Shown: positions 19,632 to 29,490 of the stretch, in pieces | Layout: each line of letters opens with the position of its first letter | Numbering within the stretch: position 1 is the stretch's first letter | Virus record (IMG/VR): IMGVR_UViG_2778261538_000003 | Direction: 5' to 3' (one strand) | Length of the DNA stretch: 42,281 bases | Source: a virus | Lineage: Duplodnaviria > Heunggongvirae > Uroviricota > Caudoviricetes | Position numbers and translations under genes: made by a program | The notes under the pieces: model-generated | What the model was told of the DNA's origin: nothing | What the model saw: only the letters and a program-made list of their open reading frames with translations | Database searches by the model: none

Positions 19632-20949
19632 TCTCGATGTCCTCGTCGGTAATGGATGCCCCGATGCCGGTTACGTCAGAATTTTCTCGCAAATCAGTCA
19701 TAGCGGCTTTCAGTGTCATCAGACCATCACCCAGCGCTGTACTGATTGCGTTGGTAGTGTTTAACGCCACCGTTGAGCGATCGACATCAGACATTTGCCA
19801 GAGCGGGTTAAACTCAAACGTGAAATCGTCCGGCAGCGGCTTGCCAAGTTCCGAACGATGCATGATGTCCAGTATCCGCCGCACCGGAAGACGTAAACGC
19901 CTCTCCTGCAACGAGCTTACCCGGTCGTAATAGTTGGCAAGGTCTGCATCGCCGGTAGAAAATCCCTTCGGGGACTGTCCGAACAACCGCACCAGTGGGA
20001 TACCAACAGCGCCACTAATCTGTTCTGCAAACTGTGAAAGGATGTCATCCAGACCACTGAAGCTGTACTGATGGGTTTCAAACTTATCCCGCGAGTCCAT
20101 GAGAGTCATGCCTTCATTGCTCTGGAACTGTCGAATCAGGTCAATATTCTTCAGCAACGCTTCATACGCAGGACCACCAAGTGCGATAAGCTCGCGTAGC
20201 TTCTCCACGCTGTAGGTACGCAAATGCGCTTTGTAGACCAGCTGCGCCGCGCCGACAGTAGCGCTGTCGAACGCGGTAAGACGATCCCAGATACGCTCTA
20301 CAACCGACATTCCCCATTCGTTCTCGGTCATCTTCTGCTGAAATGGCAGCGTGACGCCATCAAAGCGAATCAGTCGACTGTGATGAATGCGCCAGGCAGG
20401 AATTCCCGTTGCTGTGGTCACCACATCGTAAAACTCAGGTTTACCCAGGTCCGGCCCCATATCTTTAATGCGGCGGGTCAGTACCGGGTCAATCATCCAG
20501 CGGTCGAGCGGGAGAATTCCCTTAAACTTGCCCTTACCGATGGTTTCGGGTCGCAGCGGGGTCATTGGTGCCTGCCCCTCAATCATGATGAAACCCACCG
20601 CGCCGCCGTAGAGGCGCGACCATTTCAGCACGTCATTCAGCGCATCCCAGATTTGCAACTCATCCAGTTGTGATTCGAGAATGCCACGATCTTTTGCATC
20701 AATTTCCGAAGTGATGCGAATGCCTTTGCGGGTCATATCATCCGGGATAGCATCGACTGCTTCGCCGATGATCCAGGACGAACGATAGGACCATTCCACC
20801 AGCATGCGGTTACGACTGGTGAAATTAGCCCGGTAGGTGGATGCTGAGTGCTGGTTAGGTGTCTGCATCCCTACGCGGGCAATAAAATTCTCATAACCAT
20901 CAGCTGTGGCCTGCGCAGTTCGCCGCAGGGCTTGTTTGTTTCGTGCCAT
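19483..20949 (-). CDS. portal protein
   Basis: 488 aa with acidic low-complexity C-terminus; directly downstream of terminase large subunit. Confidence 0.8.
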   Translation of the reverse strand: MARNKQALRRTAQATADGYENFIARVGMQTPNQHSASTYRANFTSRNRMLVEWSYRSSWIIGEAVDAIPDDMTRKGIRITSEIDAKDRGILESQLDELQIWDALNDVLKWSRLYGGAVGFIMIEGQAPMTPLRPETIGKGKFKGILPLDRWMIDPVLTRRIKDMGPDLGKPEFYDVVTTATGIPAWRIHHSRLIRFDGVTLPFQQKMTENEWGMSVVERIWDRLTAFDSATVGAAQLVYKAHLRTYSVEKLRELIALGGPAYEALLKNIDLIRQFQSNEGMTLMDSRDKFETHQYSFSGLDDILSQFAEQISGAVGIPLVRLFGQSPKGFSTGDADLANYYDRVSSLQERRLRLPVRRILDIMHRSELGKPLPDDFTFEFNPLWQMSDVDRSTVALNTTNAISTALGDGLMTLKAAMTDLRENSDVTGIGASITDEDIENAEDEAPPGIGEPDDEPQEPSGGNPVSNQPTQDSAGGRGHRKWSLRWFK

Positions 20950-22571
20950 CAGGCCTGTCTCCCTAGCAGCTCCCAGATGTTCAGGGCTGAATTCATTGGG
21001 GCATAGTTGATCATCACCGAGTCGGCAAGGTTTGGCGATCGGGTTCCATCAGGCTGTTTATCAATAACTATTTTTCCCACACCATTAATGGAATAGGTCG
21101 GCTGCGAAAGCTCGATGATGAGTTTATCTTTGAGTGCCATGCTACTGCTGATTGAGATGATTTCGTCCGGGTTGTAAGCCATACCTTCAACCACGGCGCG
21201 CCAGGTATTCTGAAAAAGTTTACGTAACCGCCACCAGCTCTGGGCTTTGGCGTTAGCGAAGAAGTCCTTGTTCAGACGTGCGGCTTGCCCGTTGTCCCCG
21301 CGAACAGCTTCATCATCCGGATCAAATACCGCGCCACTACCTCGAAACGGTGTGGCAAGTATTGACGGTCGACGCGCAGCGTTACGCAGTTCGTTGATAG
21401 CGCGTGCATCGCCGCGAACGCCAGCGCCCAGCCCGTCCTCGTCAAAGCGAAACTCTTCGAGGTTGTCCTGTTCGCAAAAGCCGAAAACCTTCTCGACGGA
21501 CTGATAAATGTCGCTGCCCACACCGGACCATTCCCGCACATTTTCCAGGAGGAAGCCATGACGGGTGGAAAAGGCATTTTTGTCCCTGCCTTCGTCGGCG
21601 ACATCCATCGCGCCAAGTCGTTTGCCTGTTGGCTGGATACCCAGTTTGATATGCGCATCAACGGCAGCCTGTACCCATTCGGATGGAATCAGGACTCCTT
21701 CCGCTGATGCGCTGTAGTTCAGATCAAGTTCCTGTGCCACCACCACCGGATTATCGATTTTCTCGCATTCCCTGCGATACCACTCTTCATCCTTGCGAGG
21801 ATCATCCCGCCAGTGGAATGTGAATACCGGTATCTTCCCGCCATGACGCTTCTGAGCGAACGGGTTAGCCATGCCGTTAACTGAACTCAGGTCGATACGG
21901 CAACGCGTCGTTTGTGACAACGCCGCATCAATCAGCAGAGGACGCTGAAGGAATGCAGCCTCATCAACCAGATAAAGCGTGGTACGGTCACCACGACCAA
22001 TATTATCGCCAGCCTCGCCTTTGATAACGGCACCAGTTTCAGGAAACTCAACACGCATATATGGCGCGTGCTTCTTCTCGCTCCACGAACCGCGAAACTC
22101 TACAGGCAGTGTTTCCACGAACTTGCGCGCCTTCCAGAACAATGCTTTCGGGTCACCGGTGCTGTCGACGTATTCCTCTTTACGGGAGCCGAAACCGATA
22201 ACCATTTCTTTGTTGAAGAGACAAAGCGAACATGCCAGTCCGATCGCGGTCCAACTGAGCCCCATTTCACGGGATTTTTCGGTAATACCATTCTCCCGAT
22301 TGCCCCAGCGTTCCATAATCCAGTGGATCCACTCCTCCTGCTTAGGGAAGAGTAAAAACGGAATGGTCACCGGCAGGCCATAATCAATATTACGCGGGTC
22401 CGTTGTCATGCCCCAGTCGATGATGAACTGAGCCGGATTGGTTCGGTAAAACTGTTTTAGTGCAGGCAATATTTCAGGATTCTGGCGAATGCGCTGTAGG
22501 CGTTCCATCCGCCATTCAAAAACCATCTGGTAATCAGGATGTTTAAAATCGAAGGGGAATGGTAACGGCAT
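20949..22571 (-). CDS. terminase large subunit
   Basis: 540 aa; position after the small subunit and before portal; N-terminal ATPase-like and C-terminal nuclease-like regions. Confidence 0.85.
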   Translation of the reverse strand: MPLPFPFDFKHPDYQMVFEWRMERLQRIRQNPEILPALKQFYRTNPAQFIIDWGMTTDPRNIDYGLPVTIPFLLFPKQEEWIHWIMERWGNRENGITEKSREMGLSWTAIGLACSLCLFNKEMVIGFGSRKEEYVDSTGDPKALFWKARKFVETLPVEFRGSWSEKKHAPYMRVEFPETGAVIKGEAGDNIGRGDRTTLYLVDEAAFLQRPLLIDAALSQTTRCRIDLSSVNGMANPFAQKRHGGKIPVFTFHWRDDPRKDEEWYRRECEKIDNPVVVAQELDLNYSASAEGVLIPSEWVQAAVDAHIKLGIQPTGKRLGAMDVADEGRDKNAFSTRHGFLLENVREWSGVGSDIYQSVEKVFGFCEQDNLEEFRFDEDGLGAGVRGDARAINELRNAARRPSILATPFRGSGAVFDPDDEAVRGDNGQAARLNKDFFANAKAQSWWRLRKLFQNTWRAVVEGMAYNPDEIISISSSMALKDKLIIELSQPTYSINGVGKIVIDKQPDGTRSPNLADSVMINYAPMNSALNIWELLGRQA

Positions 22572-22573
22572 AC

Positions 22574-23146
22574 TTAGCCCATCATTTTTCTATACGCCTC
22601 TGCAGCCTGCTCCGGCGTTAAGTTGGTAATTTCTGTTCTGACTGGTCCTCCATCAGCGCCAGTCACTTCATTTTTGACGTTGTCTTTAAACGCCTGAACA
22701 GAAACATGACGCCCAAGCAACTCAAGGTTTTTAACCTTATCAGGCCACTTAATCTTTTTAAGGATCCCGACCATTTCTCTGTCATCTCCTCGCCCCTCAA
22801 ACATTTCAGCGAGGTTAAATCCACTCAGGTACCGACGCCACGATTCCGGCCACGCAGACAGAGGCTTAATACTTAAATCGTCCTCTAGGATGTCAGCCAC
22901 ATCGAGCCTGTCGATCTCAACCAGTCGCATCAGCACATAATTCGCATCAATGCCCAGTTGATCAATACGCTCCTGCTTTAGCTCGTTAATACGGGCGCGT
23001 ATCTCAGGTTTACCGTATAGTTCAGCCCCCGTAACATGTGCTCGCCTGGAGACGTAGCCTGCGCGAATAGCTGCTTGTGTAGCATTCAGATCGACAAGAA
23101 ACTCGCGACAAAACACCTCGTGTTTTGCTTTCAGCTTCTTAGTCAT
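22574..23146 (-). CDS. terminase small subunit (Terminase_2-type)
   Basis: N-terminus ...[24 protein letters not shown] matches the characteristic small-subunit motif. Confidence 0.8.
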   Translation of the reverse strand: MTKKLKAKHEVFCREFLVDLNATQAAIRAGYVSRRAHVTGAELYGKPEIRARINELKQERIDQLGIDANYVLMRLVEIDRLDVADILEDDLSIKPLSAWPESWRRYLSGFNLAEMFEGRGDDREMVGILKKIKWPDKVKNLELLGRHVSVQAFKDNVKNEVTGADGGPVRTEITNLTPEQAAEAYRKMMG

Positions 23147-23207
23147 TTTATTTTCCAGTTATCAGGTCATTATCGAAGCCCCTCCTGGAAGAGCTTCTGT
23201 AATGCTA

Positions 23208-23732
23208 TTACCGGGACTGTTCTATTTGTCGGACACCAGCCAACTGGTTATTCGCCTTCTCGATGGCTGCCAACAATGGGTTAATCCACAGAACAGCCTG
23301 GCAATATGTCAACGTTCTGGTGGTAGTGGCACGATCACCGGCTGGGTCAATGTACCCGGAATCGGCGTGCAATGCGCTGGCGCGTAAACGGTTCGCGTAG
23401 TTGAGCAACCCGACAGCAATATCAGCAGGAACAGGGAAATCACAGTTCTTTTCACGGAGCAGAACCTCACGGTATTTGATGACTGTCTTCTCGTGACCGA
23501 TGTCGACCAGAGAATTTAATCGGCTTGCGTTTTCTGCTATCTGGTTAAAACGATTGAAGTTTAATGCCTGATTAGCTATCACTTTCCCTTGATATTCAGC
23601 TTCACCTTCCGCTTTATCAGCCCGCAACTTTTCTGCCTGATACTTGCTGTGGTAATGGTTTGCAGACCAGACGAGCGCCCCAAAGGCAGAGAAGAAAAAT
23701 GCCGCGATGACAATCTTATAAGTCAGCTTCAT
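23208..23732 (-). CDS. i-spanin Rz
   Basis: 174 aa with N-terminal TM helix and coiled-coil body; directly downstream of the endolysin. Confidence 0.8.
   Translation of the reverse strand: MKLTYKIVIAAFFFSAFGALVWSANHYHSKYQAEKLRADKAEGEAEYQGKVIANQALNFNRFNQIAENASRLNSLVDIGHEKTVIKYREVLLREKNCDFPVPADIAVGLLNYANRLRASALHADSGYIDPAGDRATTTRTLTYCQAVLWINPLLAAIEKANNQLAGVRQIEQSR
23309..23455 (-). CDS. o-spanin Rz1 (embedded in the +1 frame of Rz)
   Basis: Hand translation gives (V)KRTVISLFLLILLSGC-STTRTVYAPAHCTPIPGTLTQPVIVPLPPER: lipobox LLSGC and Pro-rich mature part; GTG start at 23455 or 23443, no ATG present. Confidence 0.55.
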   Translation of the reverse strand: MKRTVISLFLLILLSGCSTTRTVYAPAHCTPIPGTLTQPVIVPLPPER

Positions 23733-24192
23733 TTACCACCCCACCAGCATCTTTAAACCTGGAAATCAGGTCACCGATTTTATGTTCATACTGACCGTAA
23801 CCTGCACCAGGTAACGACGCCCAGATATTGCTGCAACGGTCGATTGCCTGACGAATATCGCCACGGTCAATCATCGGTAAAGCGCCACGCTCTTTAATCT
23901 GCTGCAGCGCCACAGCGTCCTGACTTTCTGGCGAAAAATCTTTCAGGCCAAGCTGCTTGCGGTAGGCATCCCACCAGCGTGAAAGAAGCTGATACCGGCC
24001 TGCGGCTGTTGATTTAAGCTTCGGGTTTAGCGTGACAAGTTTGCGAGGGTGATCGGAGTAATCAGTGAACAACTCACCTCCGACGATAACGTCATAACCG
24101 TGATTACGTGTCGGTTGTCGCCCGTTATCCGTTCCTTCTGACCATGCCACCATATCCAGGAAAGCTTTACGTTGGGAATTTAGTGTCTGCAT
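23716..24192 (-). CDS. endolysin, lambda R-type lytic transglycosylase
   Basis: Near-identical in long stretches to lambda R as recalled (NQRKAFLDM-AWSEGTDNGRQ-TRNHGYDVIVGGELFTDYSDHPRKLVTLNPKLKST-AGRYQLLSRWWDAYRKQLGLKDFSP). Confidence 0.92.
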   Translation of the reverse strand: MQTLNSQRKAFLDMVAWSEGTDNGRQPTRNHGYDVIVGGELFTDYSDHPRKLVTLNPKLKSTAAGRYQLLSRWWDAYRKQLGLKDFSPESQDAVALQQIKERGALPMIDRGDIRQAIDRCSNIWASLPGAGYGQYEHKIGDLISRFKDAGGVVNEADL

Positions 24193-24195
24193 GAA

Positions 24196-24537
24196 TTACT
24201 CCTTAGAGCCACCAAACTTGTTACCGATTACTCGCATTGCAGCCCCACGAATAGCATCGACACCGATCAGCCCAACACCACCACCAATGGCAACAGAAAG
24301 CGATTTAGGCCATCCGACATACTCAAGAGCGGATGCAAAAGTCAGCGTCAGAGCACCACAGAGCAAAATCTCAAGCGTTTTTCGTTTCCAGCCGCCGCCA
24401 CCGCCAAAATAGGCAATGCGCAAGCCAGCCATAACAATTGACATAACCACTGCGCCCAACGGCGTATCTCCACGCCACCAACTTTGTAAGAGTTCCAGTA
24501 AGTCAGGCCAGGAATGAGGAGCATTGTGCATTTTCAT
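24196..24537 (-). CDS. holin, lambda S-like with Met-Lys-Met dual start
   Basis: ATG-AAA-ATG at 24537-24529 preceded by GGAGG; the ORF-track start at 24555 lacks an SD. Predicted TM segments; upstream of the endolysin. Confidence 0.85.
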   Translation of the reverse strand: MKMHNAPHSWPDLLELLQSWWRGDTPLGAVVMSIVMAGLRIAYFGGGGGWKRKTLEILLCGALTLTFASALEYVGWPKSLSVAIGGGVGLIGVDAIRGAAMRVIGNKFGGSKE

Positions 24538-24638
24538 ACTTCCCACCTCCGCCATTACGGGGTGTTGTTGAAAGGCGGGCCCTGCGTATACGCCCGTAGG
24601 ATTGGGTTATGAGCCGTCCTTCGGTGGGCCCTGAATAC

Positions 24639-24662
24639 AAAAAAAAGTTCGCCATAGCGAAC
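24639..24662 (-). terminator. rho-independent terminator (GTTCGC-TATG-GCGAAC then T8 on minus strand)
   Basis: Perfect 6-bp stem with 4-nt loop followed by eight T on the transcribed minus strand; between Q and the holin. Confidence 0.6.
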
Positions 24663-24889
24663 CTTGTTAAATTTGTTAAAAAAGGAAGTTATTTAACATA
24701 ATGTACGTTATAGGAACCACACGATCCCCGCTCGCAATAGATTTGCGATGAAAGGCCTATTTAATCAACTTAAGTGGTCCAGAATGACGAAATTCGAGTG
24801 AATAAAAGGTGCATAAAAAAGGGCAAAAACTGCATAGCGTTTTTTCGCAGCGAAAGCCCTGTTTTATTAACTTTTCCCCAGAATGGGGC

Positions 24890-24916
24890 AATAAAAAAGG
24901 CCCCCTTGCGGAAGCC
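24890..24916 (-). terminator. rho-independent terminator, candidate tR'-like site
   Basis: Minus strand GGCTTCC-GCAA-GGGGGCC (two G-U pairs) followed by TTTTTTATT; about 80 nt downstream of a plausible late promoter. Confidence 0.5.
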
Positions 24917-25070
24917 TCTTCGTGATGAACTGTTTTCAACAGATATCAGGCTAATCGGCTTTTTGGAATTCCACAACTATTTTTTATCTTACCTTGATAC
25001 CTGAAGCCGTCAGGTGTTTACGGCAATCCTGAATACCATCTGATTCCCTTACGTGATTGATTACTGGATA

Positions 25071-25493
25071 TTATGCCGCCGGGCAGCTCCTTCGCAAAGT
25101 CCTGATAGCCTTAGGCTTTGACTGAACTGCTTGATCCATTTCCAGAACCACGTCCAGCATAGCCAGGCAGCCGTCGATAAATCCCTCTGCAGCCTGGAGC
25201 CTCTTCAGAACTTGAGTGTGTGATACGCCGAGCTTCACACCCATAGCCCTCACAGGCATCGCCTGGATGTAATGCCACTCAAGGAGCGTACACAGGTACG
25301 GATCTTTTTTCTTCAGGCAGTTCATAGCAGAGCTGATGATCAGACCGTCATTGTCACTGCACTTCAGCCGCCCGGCTTGCGTTGCAGGTAGCAGATTCTT
25401 AAATCCAGCGGAAACAGGTGGATAGTAGACACTGCAACCTTCGCTCGCAGCCCAGCCCCCCCATCGCTCTAAAACCAGTCGAATATCACGCAT
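25071..25493 (-). CDS. late gene antiterminator Q
   Basis: N-terminus MRDIRLVLERWGGWAA and C-terminal ...KRLQAAEGFIDGCLAMLDVVLEMD resemble QuuD-type Q proteins as recalled; immediately upstream of the lysis cassette. Confidence 0.8.
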   Translation of the reverse strand: MRDIRLVLERWGGWAASEGCSVYYPPVSAGFKNLLPATQAGRLKCSDNDGLIISSAMNCLKKKDPYLCTLLEWHYIQAMPVRAMGVKLGVSHTQVLKRLQAAEGFIDGCLAMLDVVLEMDQAVQSKPKAIRTLRRSCPAA

Positions 25494-25518
25494 AGCTCTG
25501 ACCTCTACGTTTTGCTAC

Positions 25519-25809
25519 TTACCGTTCATCTTTCATTTTGAGGTTAGAAAGATGTTTAAGCCGCTGGCAATACGCTTTCCAGTAAGCCTCAGAGTGCATC
25601 GGGTGCTCGATATCGCTATACAGCCATACACAGTCGTCGCGCTGAGTTACCGGCGGTGGCGCCAACACATCTCGAGTGGCCTGCGTTAGTGCTCTTTTGA
25701 AGAAAAAAGCCTCCCCTAAGGGCTGGTAGTCTCTGTTGAATGCTTCCCAAGCCCCCTCAGCTGTTTTGCGGATACCGTAAGGCATACATTGGCGGAATAT
25801 CTTTGACAT
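25519..25809 (-). CDS. hypothetical protein (nin-region equivalent)
   Basis: 96-aa ORF between the origin repeats and Q. Confidence 0.4.
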   Translation of the reverse strand: MSKIFRQCMPYGIRKTAEGAWEAFNRDYQPLGEAFFFKRALTQATRDVLAPPPVTQRDDCVWLYSDIEHPMHSEAYWKAYCQRLKHLSNLKMKDER

Positions 25810-25858
25810 CGTCGTATCCTCATTTAGTTATTTGCTAATTTTTTCAAGTTAATTTCCG

Positions 25859-26122
25859 GGTGACGGCTAGGTGACGCGTAATTACATATCCGTCACCTGC
25901 TGCAAAGCGCGCCATATAAGGCCTGAAGATGTTTTAGGTGACAGGTGACGGTTGATTTTAGTTCTCTATATATAAGCGATCGTATAATACCTAAAATACA
26001 CACTATCGCGTATATAGTTTTAAATTCTGCCGTCACCTGTCACCTTTAGCACATTTCCCATTGTTTTATATATACTTTTTAAGGTGACGCTTAAGCGTTT
26101 TGCCGTCACCTAGCCGTCACCT
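25859..26122. repeat. iteron array, putative phage origin of replication
   Basis: Ten copies of GGTGAC(G/A)G in both orientations, arranged as nested inverted pairs around an AT-rich centre near 25990 (25859-25878 vs 26103-26122; 25890-25899 vs 26082-26090; 25936-25951 vs 26030-26045). Confidence 0.7.
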
Positions 26123-26124
26123 TT

Positions 26125-28386
26125 TTACAATCCAGATTGCAAAATTTCGCAAGATTTATATATTTCGCGCAATTCTTCGTTGCTGAAATCGTTATTTTTT
26201 ACAAGAATCCAAATCCTATATACAAACCCGTCAATTTTTACGCGTACGGGTTCCCGCTTTGTTCTTTCTTTCAAAATGCGAGTAATATGCTTCTGGTTAA
26301 TTTCTACATCCATTCCTGCTTCTGCCAGTATTGCGTTAACAATTTGTTGATAAGTCATTGCTGGCACAGGCGGATTATCCAGGATTTCAATAAGAGCAGC
26401 CTCCACATCGCTCTTATTGCTTTCAATCATCAGAAGGCGTTCTTTCGTCTCGGGGGCGCGCTGCCAGTTAAAGCGAGACAGGTCAACGCCCATCAGATAC
26501 CAGTACACCTGGGCGATAAAGTCGCTGTCGCTTAGCGCACCGTACAGGCTGGCGTAATGCTCTTCAGTTGCGGCGAAGTCAGGGCCCCCCAGCACAGCGA
26601 TACGTCGGTCTTCCTCTGGCAGCGCCAGCGCATCAAAGTGGTTGGTGTAGAACAGAAAGCCGGTGTATATATCCATCGTTTTTTTGCTGCCATATTTGCG
26701 GTTCACTTCAAACCGTGGTTCTGTCAGCACGTCACGGATCTTATCGTTCACCTCATACCGCTTATCATTTTCGCGCACCTCGTCAATGGTGCATAGAAGC
26801 GTATTGTACAGATAGTCATGGAACTGGTTATCGCACAGGATCTTCATGCGAGTACGAGCACAGTTCCACGGACCAAGCACGCGCTCCATTAACTGGCTGA
26901 CCCATCCTCTGCCCGTACCATGTGCGGAAGCCACATGCAGAATAGAAATCGGGCATCGACGCTCCGGACGCTGAACCATCCACCCCAGACGGGCGATGAA
27001 AAACTCGCGCTGCCAGGCATCAGGTACCAGATACGCCATATGATTAAGGAACGTGGACACCTTACTTGTATCCGCTGTACGTGGATGCTCAGGCATATAA
27101 AATTCGTTTATCTCAAACCGCCCGTCGAAACGCTCGATAATACGTCCCGCACCGGGCTTATAGCCTGTCGTCTCAGCAATCTTCTTATGCCGATGCTCTA
27201 TCCACCGTTTGGTTGCGGGAGTTGGTTGCCCTTTCCCTTCTGGCGGGAACTGGTAAGGCGCCATCAGGTTTTTGAACGACTTCATATCCATCATGCACTG
27301 ATATGGCGGTCGGCTAAGATCACATACCTGGTCACCCTCGATGACGTAGATAAAGCGTTCCAGAAAATGAGCTGTCATATCTGTATTAATATCGGTAAAT
27401 TCAGGCTTATCGCCATCTTCAACCACCGTGAGATCTTCGAACAGGGATTGCGTATAGCCGTAGCCTTCCAGCCAGTCGGCATCAGTAAGCCCCGCATCGG
27501 TGTTGTGCATGCTTTTAAAATGTCCCTGTTCAAATCCCCCCGTCCCTTTTGGGAAATACTTAATGGATGTTTCGCTGCAACCGTTGCTGTATTCTGACTC
27601 ATCCCGAAACGGTTTCAGATTGCGGGAACCATCAGAGCTGACTGACAGAGTCCACCCGTTCGCGTCAAGCCAGTCGGCGACATCATCTGTCGCGGAAGGA
27701 TCAACACAGGAAAGATCACGCTGACGTCCTGCACCTGCGGTATAGCTGTCTTTCACGGGTAAGTTATCCGCCAGACGCTGCCACAGGCTTTCGAGCTGTT
27801 CAGATGTAATTTTCAGAGGTTCGCCGGGCAGACCGCAGTCCCACTGAATACGTTCGCCTGCCGGATGGGTACCACAAGCCACAAACTGCTGGCCCTTAGC
27901 GAGCAGCTCTATTTGTTTGTTTTCGCCTTCCAGGCGGTGACCACGTTTACGGTAGTCGCCATCAACAGCAATCAGGTACAGGCATTTATGACTGTCAGCC
28001 CGCCAGCGACGTGGCGGAAGTTCCCCCAGGCATGACAGGATAATATTGCGTACGATCTCCTGCATCCCGGCGTCATTGATATCGCAGTCCAGAGCCACCA
28101 CCCCGTCGCCAGTACGAACGCAAATACCGTAATCGGGTTCGTTCGACCACCGGGCAAAATCGTTTTCCGTAACAACATAGTTAGCCCAGTCGGGGATACC
28201 AACAACCTTACGTTGGCCATTGTAGCGACTGGGGGTTTTGCCGAAATTATGAGACAGCTTGCTATTAGGCGACAGTTCTGCACAGGGATTGGACACCACA
28301 GGTAAAAGCCTGTCTGTCATCCCCAACACCAGATCGAAGTGGAACCACTCATCGGGCGTAGCTCCCCATGGTTTGTTATCAGACAT
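26125..28386 (-). CDS. replication protein with N-terminal Prim-Pol (AEP-type primase-polymerase) domain and C-terminal primase/NTPase-like region
   Basis: Motifs GDGVVALDCDIND, SHKCLYLIAV and IELLAKGQQFVACGTHPAG fit the three Prim-Pol motifs; 753 aa; next to the iteron array. Confidence 0.65.
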   Translation of the reverse strand: MSDNKPWGATPDEWFHFDLVLGMTDRLLPVVSNPCAELSPNSKLSHNFGKTPSRYNGQRKVVGIPDWANYVVTENDFARWSNEPDYGICVRTGDGVVALDCDINDAGMQEIVRNIILSCLGELPPRRWRADSHKCLYLIAVDGDYRKRGHRLEGENKQIELLAKGQQFVACGTHPAGERIQWDCGLPGEPLKITSEQLESLWQRLADNLPVKDSYTAGAGRQRDLSCVDPSATDDVADWLDANGWTLSVSSDGSRNLKPFRDESEYSNGCSETSIKYFPKGTGGFEQGHFKSMHNTDAGLTDADWLEGYGYTQSLFEDLTVVEDGDKPEFTDINTDMTAHFLERFIYVIEGDQVCDLSRPPYQCMMDMKSFKNLMAPYQFPPEGKGQPTPATKRWIEHRHKKIAETTGYKPGAGRIIERFDGRFEINEFYMPEHPRTADTSKVSTFLNHMAYLVPDAWQREFFIARLGWMVQRPERRCPISILHVASAHGTGRGWVSQLMERVLGPWNCARTRMKILCDNQFHDYLYNTLLCTIDEVRENDKRYEVNDKIRDVLTEPRFEVNRKYGSKKTMDIYTGFLFYTNHFDALALPEEDRRIAVLGGPDFAATEEHYASLYGALSDSDFIAQVYWYLMGVDLSRFNWQRAPETKERLLMIESNKSDVEAALIEILDNPPVPAMTYQQIVNAILAEAGMDVEINQKHITRILKERTKREPVRVKIDGFVYRIWILVKNNDFSNEELREIYKSCEILQSGL

Positions 28387-28389
28387 GGG

Positions 28390-28590
28390 TTACGCCTTTT
28401 GTCTAGCTGTCACTTCCTGAAAAAGCTTTTCTATCGCACGTACTGTAGAAAAGCGAGGGTCAGAATGAACCCCGGTGAGAAGCCGACTAATAGAAGACTG
28501 CTTCACGCCTGCAATTTCGGCAATTTGGTTTTGGGTATACCCTGAATCAATCAAGCTTTTGACCATCTCTTGTGGTGTTAGTCCGGACAT
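28390..28590 (-). CDS. Cro-like HTH transcriptional regulator
   Basis: 66 aa with HTH (TQNQIAEIAGVKQSSISRLLTG); divergent from the CI-like gene, first gene of the minus-strand early operon. Confidence 0.7.
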   Translation of the reverse strand: MSGLTPQEMVKSLIDSGYTQNQIAEIAGVKQSSISRLLTGVHSDPRFSTVRAIEKLFQEVTARQKA

Positions 28591-28731
28591 ATTTAAGTCT
28601 CCACTTTCGTCTATAGCGCAAATTTATACGAAAACGGATTATTCAGCAATACGGCAATTCTATATCATCCTGGATTAAAATATCCGATAACGCATAATCA
28701 CCGTCCCTGTATACAACATGGATGAATCCAA

Positions 28732-29406
28732 ATGATTGATACTACCGATATCCTTTCTCAAAACATCAAGTACCTGATGGACAAAGCCAAGATAAGCTCG
28801 ATAACTGAGCTGGCACGTCGGTTACAACTGAACCAACCAACGCTACACAGGCTGGTATCAGGAGAGGTGAAAGATCCGAAATACGCAACGTTAAAGCAGA
28901 TCGCCGACTACTTCCACGTGTCACCAATAGACCTGGCAGAAAGGAGCCTTCAAGAAATGGAGAAAGAGGACGCGACGGGTATAAAAACGTATATTTCTCT
29001 TAGGTTTAATAAAGTACCTGTTTTGGGAAACACTCAGCTAGGCGTTGGAGGACTTTGGAGCGACACCCAATATTCAGTAGGTAGCAGTGATGGTTTCATA
29101 TACTGGCCGACAAAGGATGAAGATGCATACGCCCTGAAATGTGTTGGTGATTCAATGATGCCTAGAATCAAAGAGGGTGAGTTCGTAATCGTCGAACCCA
29201 ACCACGACTACACTCCTGGTGATGAAGTACTTGTGGTTACCCGGGACGGTGAGGTCATGGTTAAAACCTTCTTGTTCGAACGCGATGGCCTGTTCCATCT
29301 AATGTCTGTAAATGAAGATCATCCACCAGTCAGAGTACCACGCGAAAACATTGAAAAAATCCATTACGTGGCGGGGATCGCCAAATCCGCGCTACGCATG
29401 TACTAA
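28732..29406 (+). CDS. CI-like repressor (N-terminal HTH, C-terminal LexA/S24 autopeptidase domain)
   Basis: HTH near the N-terminus; S24 Ser/Lys dyad context CVGDSMMPRI ... VMVKTF. Confidence 0.9.
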   Translation: MIDTTDILSQNIKYLMDKAKISSITELARRLQLNQPTLHRLVSGEVKDPKYATLKQIADYFHVSPIDLAERSLQEMEKEDATGIKTYISLRFNKVPVLGNTQLGVGGLWSDTQYSVGSSDGFIYWPTKDEDAYALKCVGDSMMPRIKEGEFVIVEPNHDYTPGDEVLVVTRDGEVMVKTFLFERDGLFHLMSVNEDHPPVRVPRENIEKIHYVAGIAKSALRMY

Positions 29407-29436
29407 CCTTTACAGTCTGATAACTTACTTCTGATC

Positions 29437-29469
29437 AAACCGCTCTCCACAAGGGCGGTTTTCTTATTT
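29437..29469 (+). terminator. rho-independent terminator downstream of the CI-like gene
   Basis: AAACCGCTC-tccacaag-GGCGGTTTT followed by CTTATTT on the plus strand. Confidence 0.5.
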
Positions 29470-29490
29470 GCAAAATAATTCATTTTCGTA

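Noticed and set aside
24560-25070. tRNA gene between Q and the lysis cassette
   Set aside because: No GTTCRANYC T-loop motif or acceptor-stem pairing was found on either strand by eye; cannot be fully excluded without tRNAscan.
24560-25070. Toxin or virulence moron downstream of Q, as in Stx phages
   Set aside because: The only ORFs there are 60-76 codons on mixed strands with no RBS; no toxin-like gene is present.
25859-26122. Possible CRISPR array suggested by the repeated GTGAC-containing units
   Set aside because: Repeats are only 8-10 bp, occur in both orientations with irregular spacing and no uniform spacers, and no cas genes are nearby; an iteron origin fits better.
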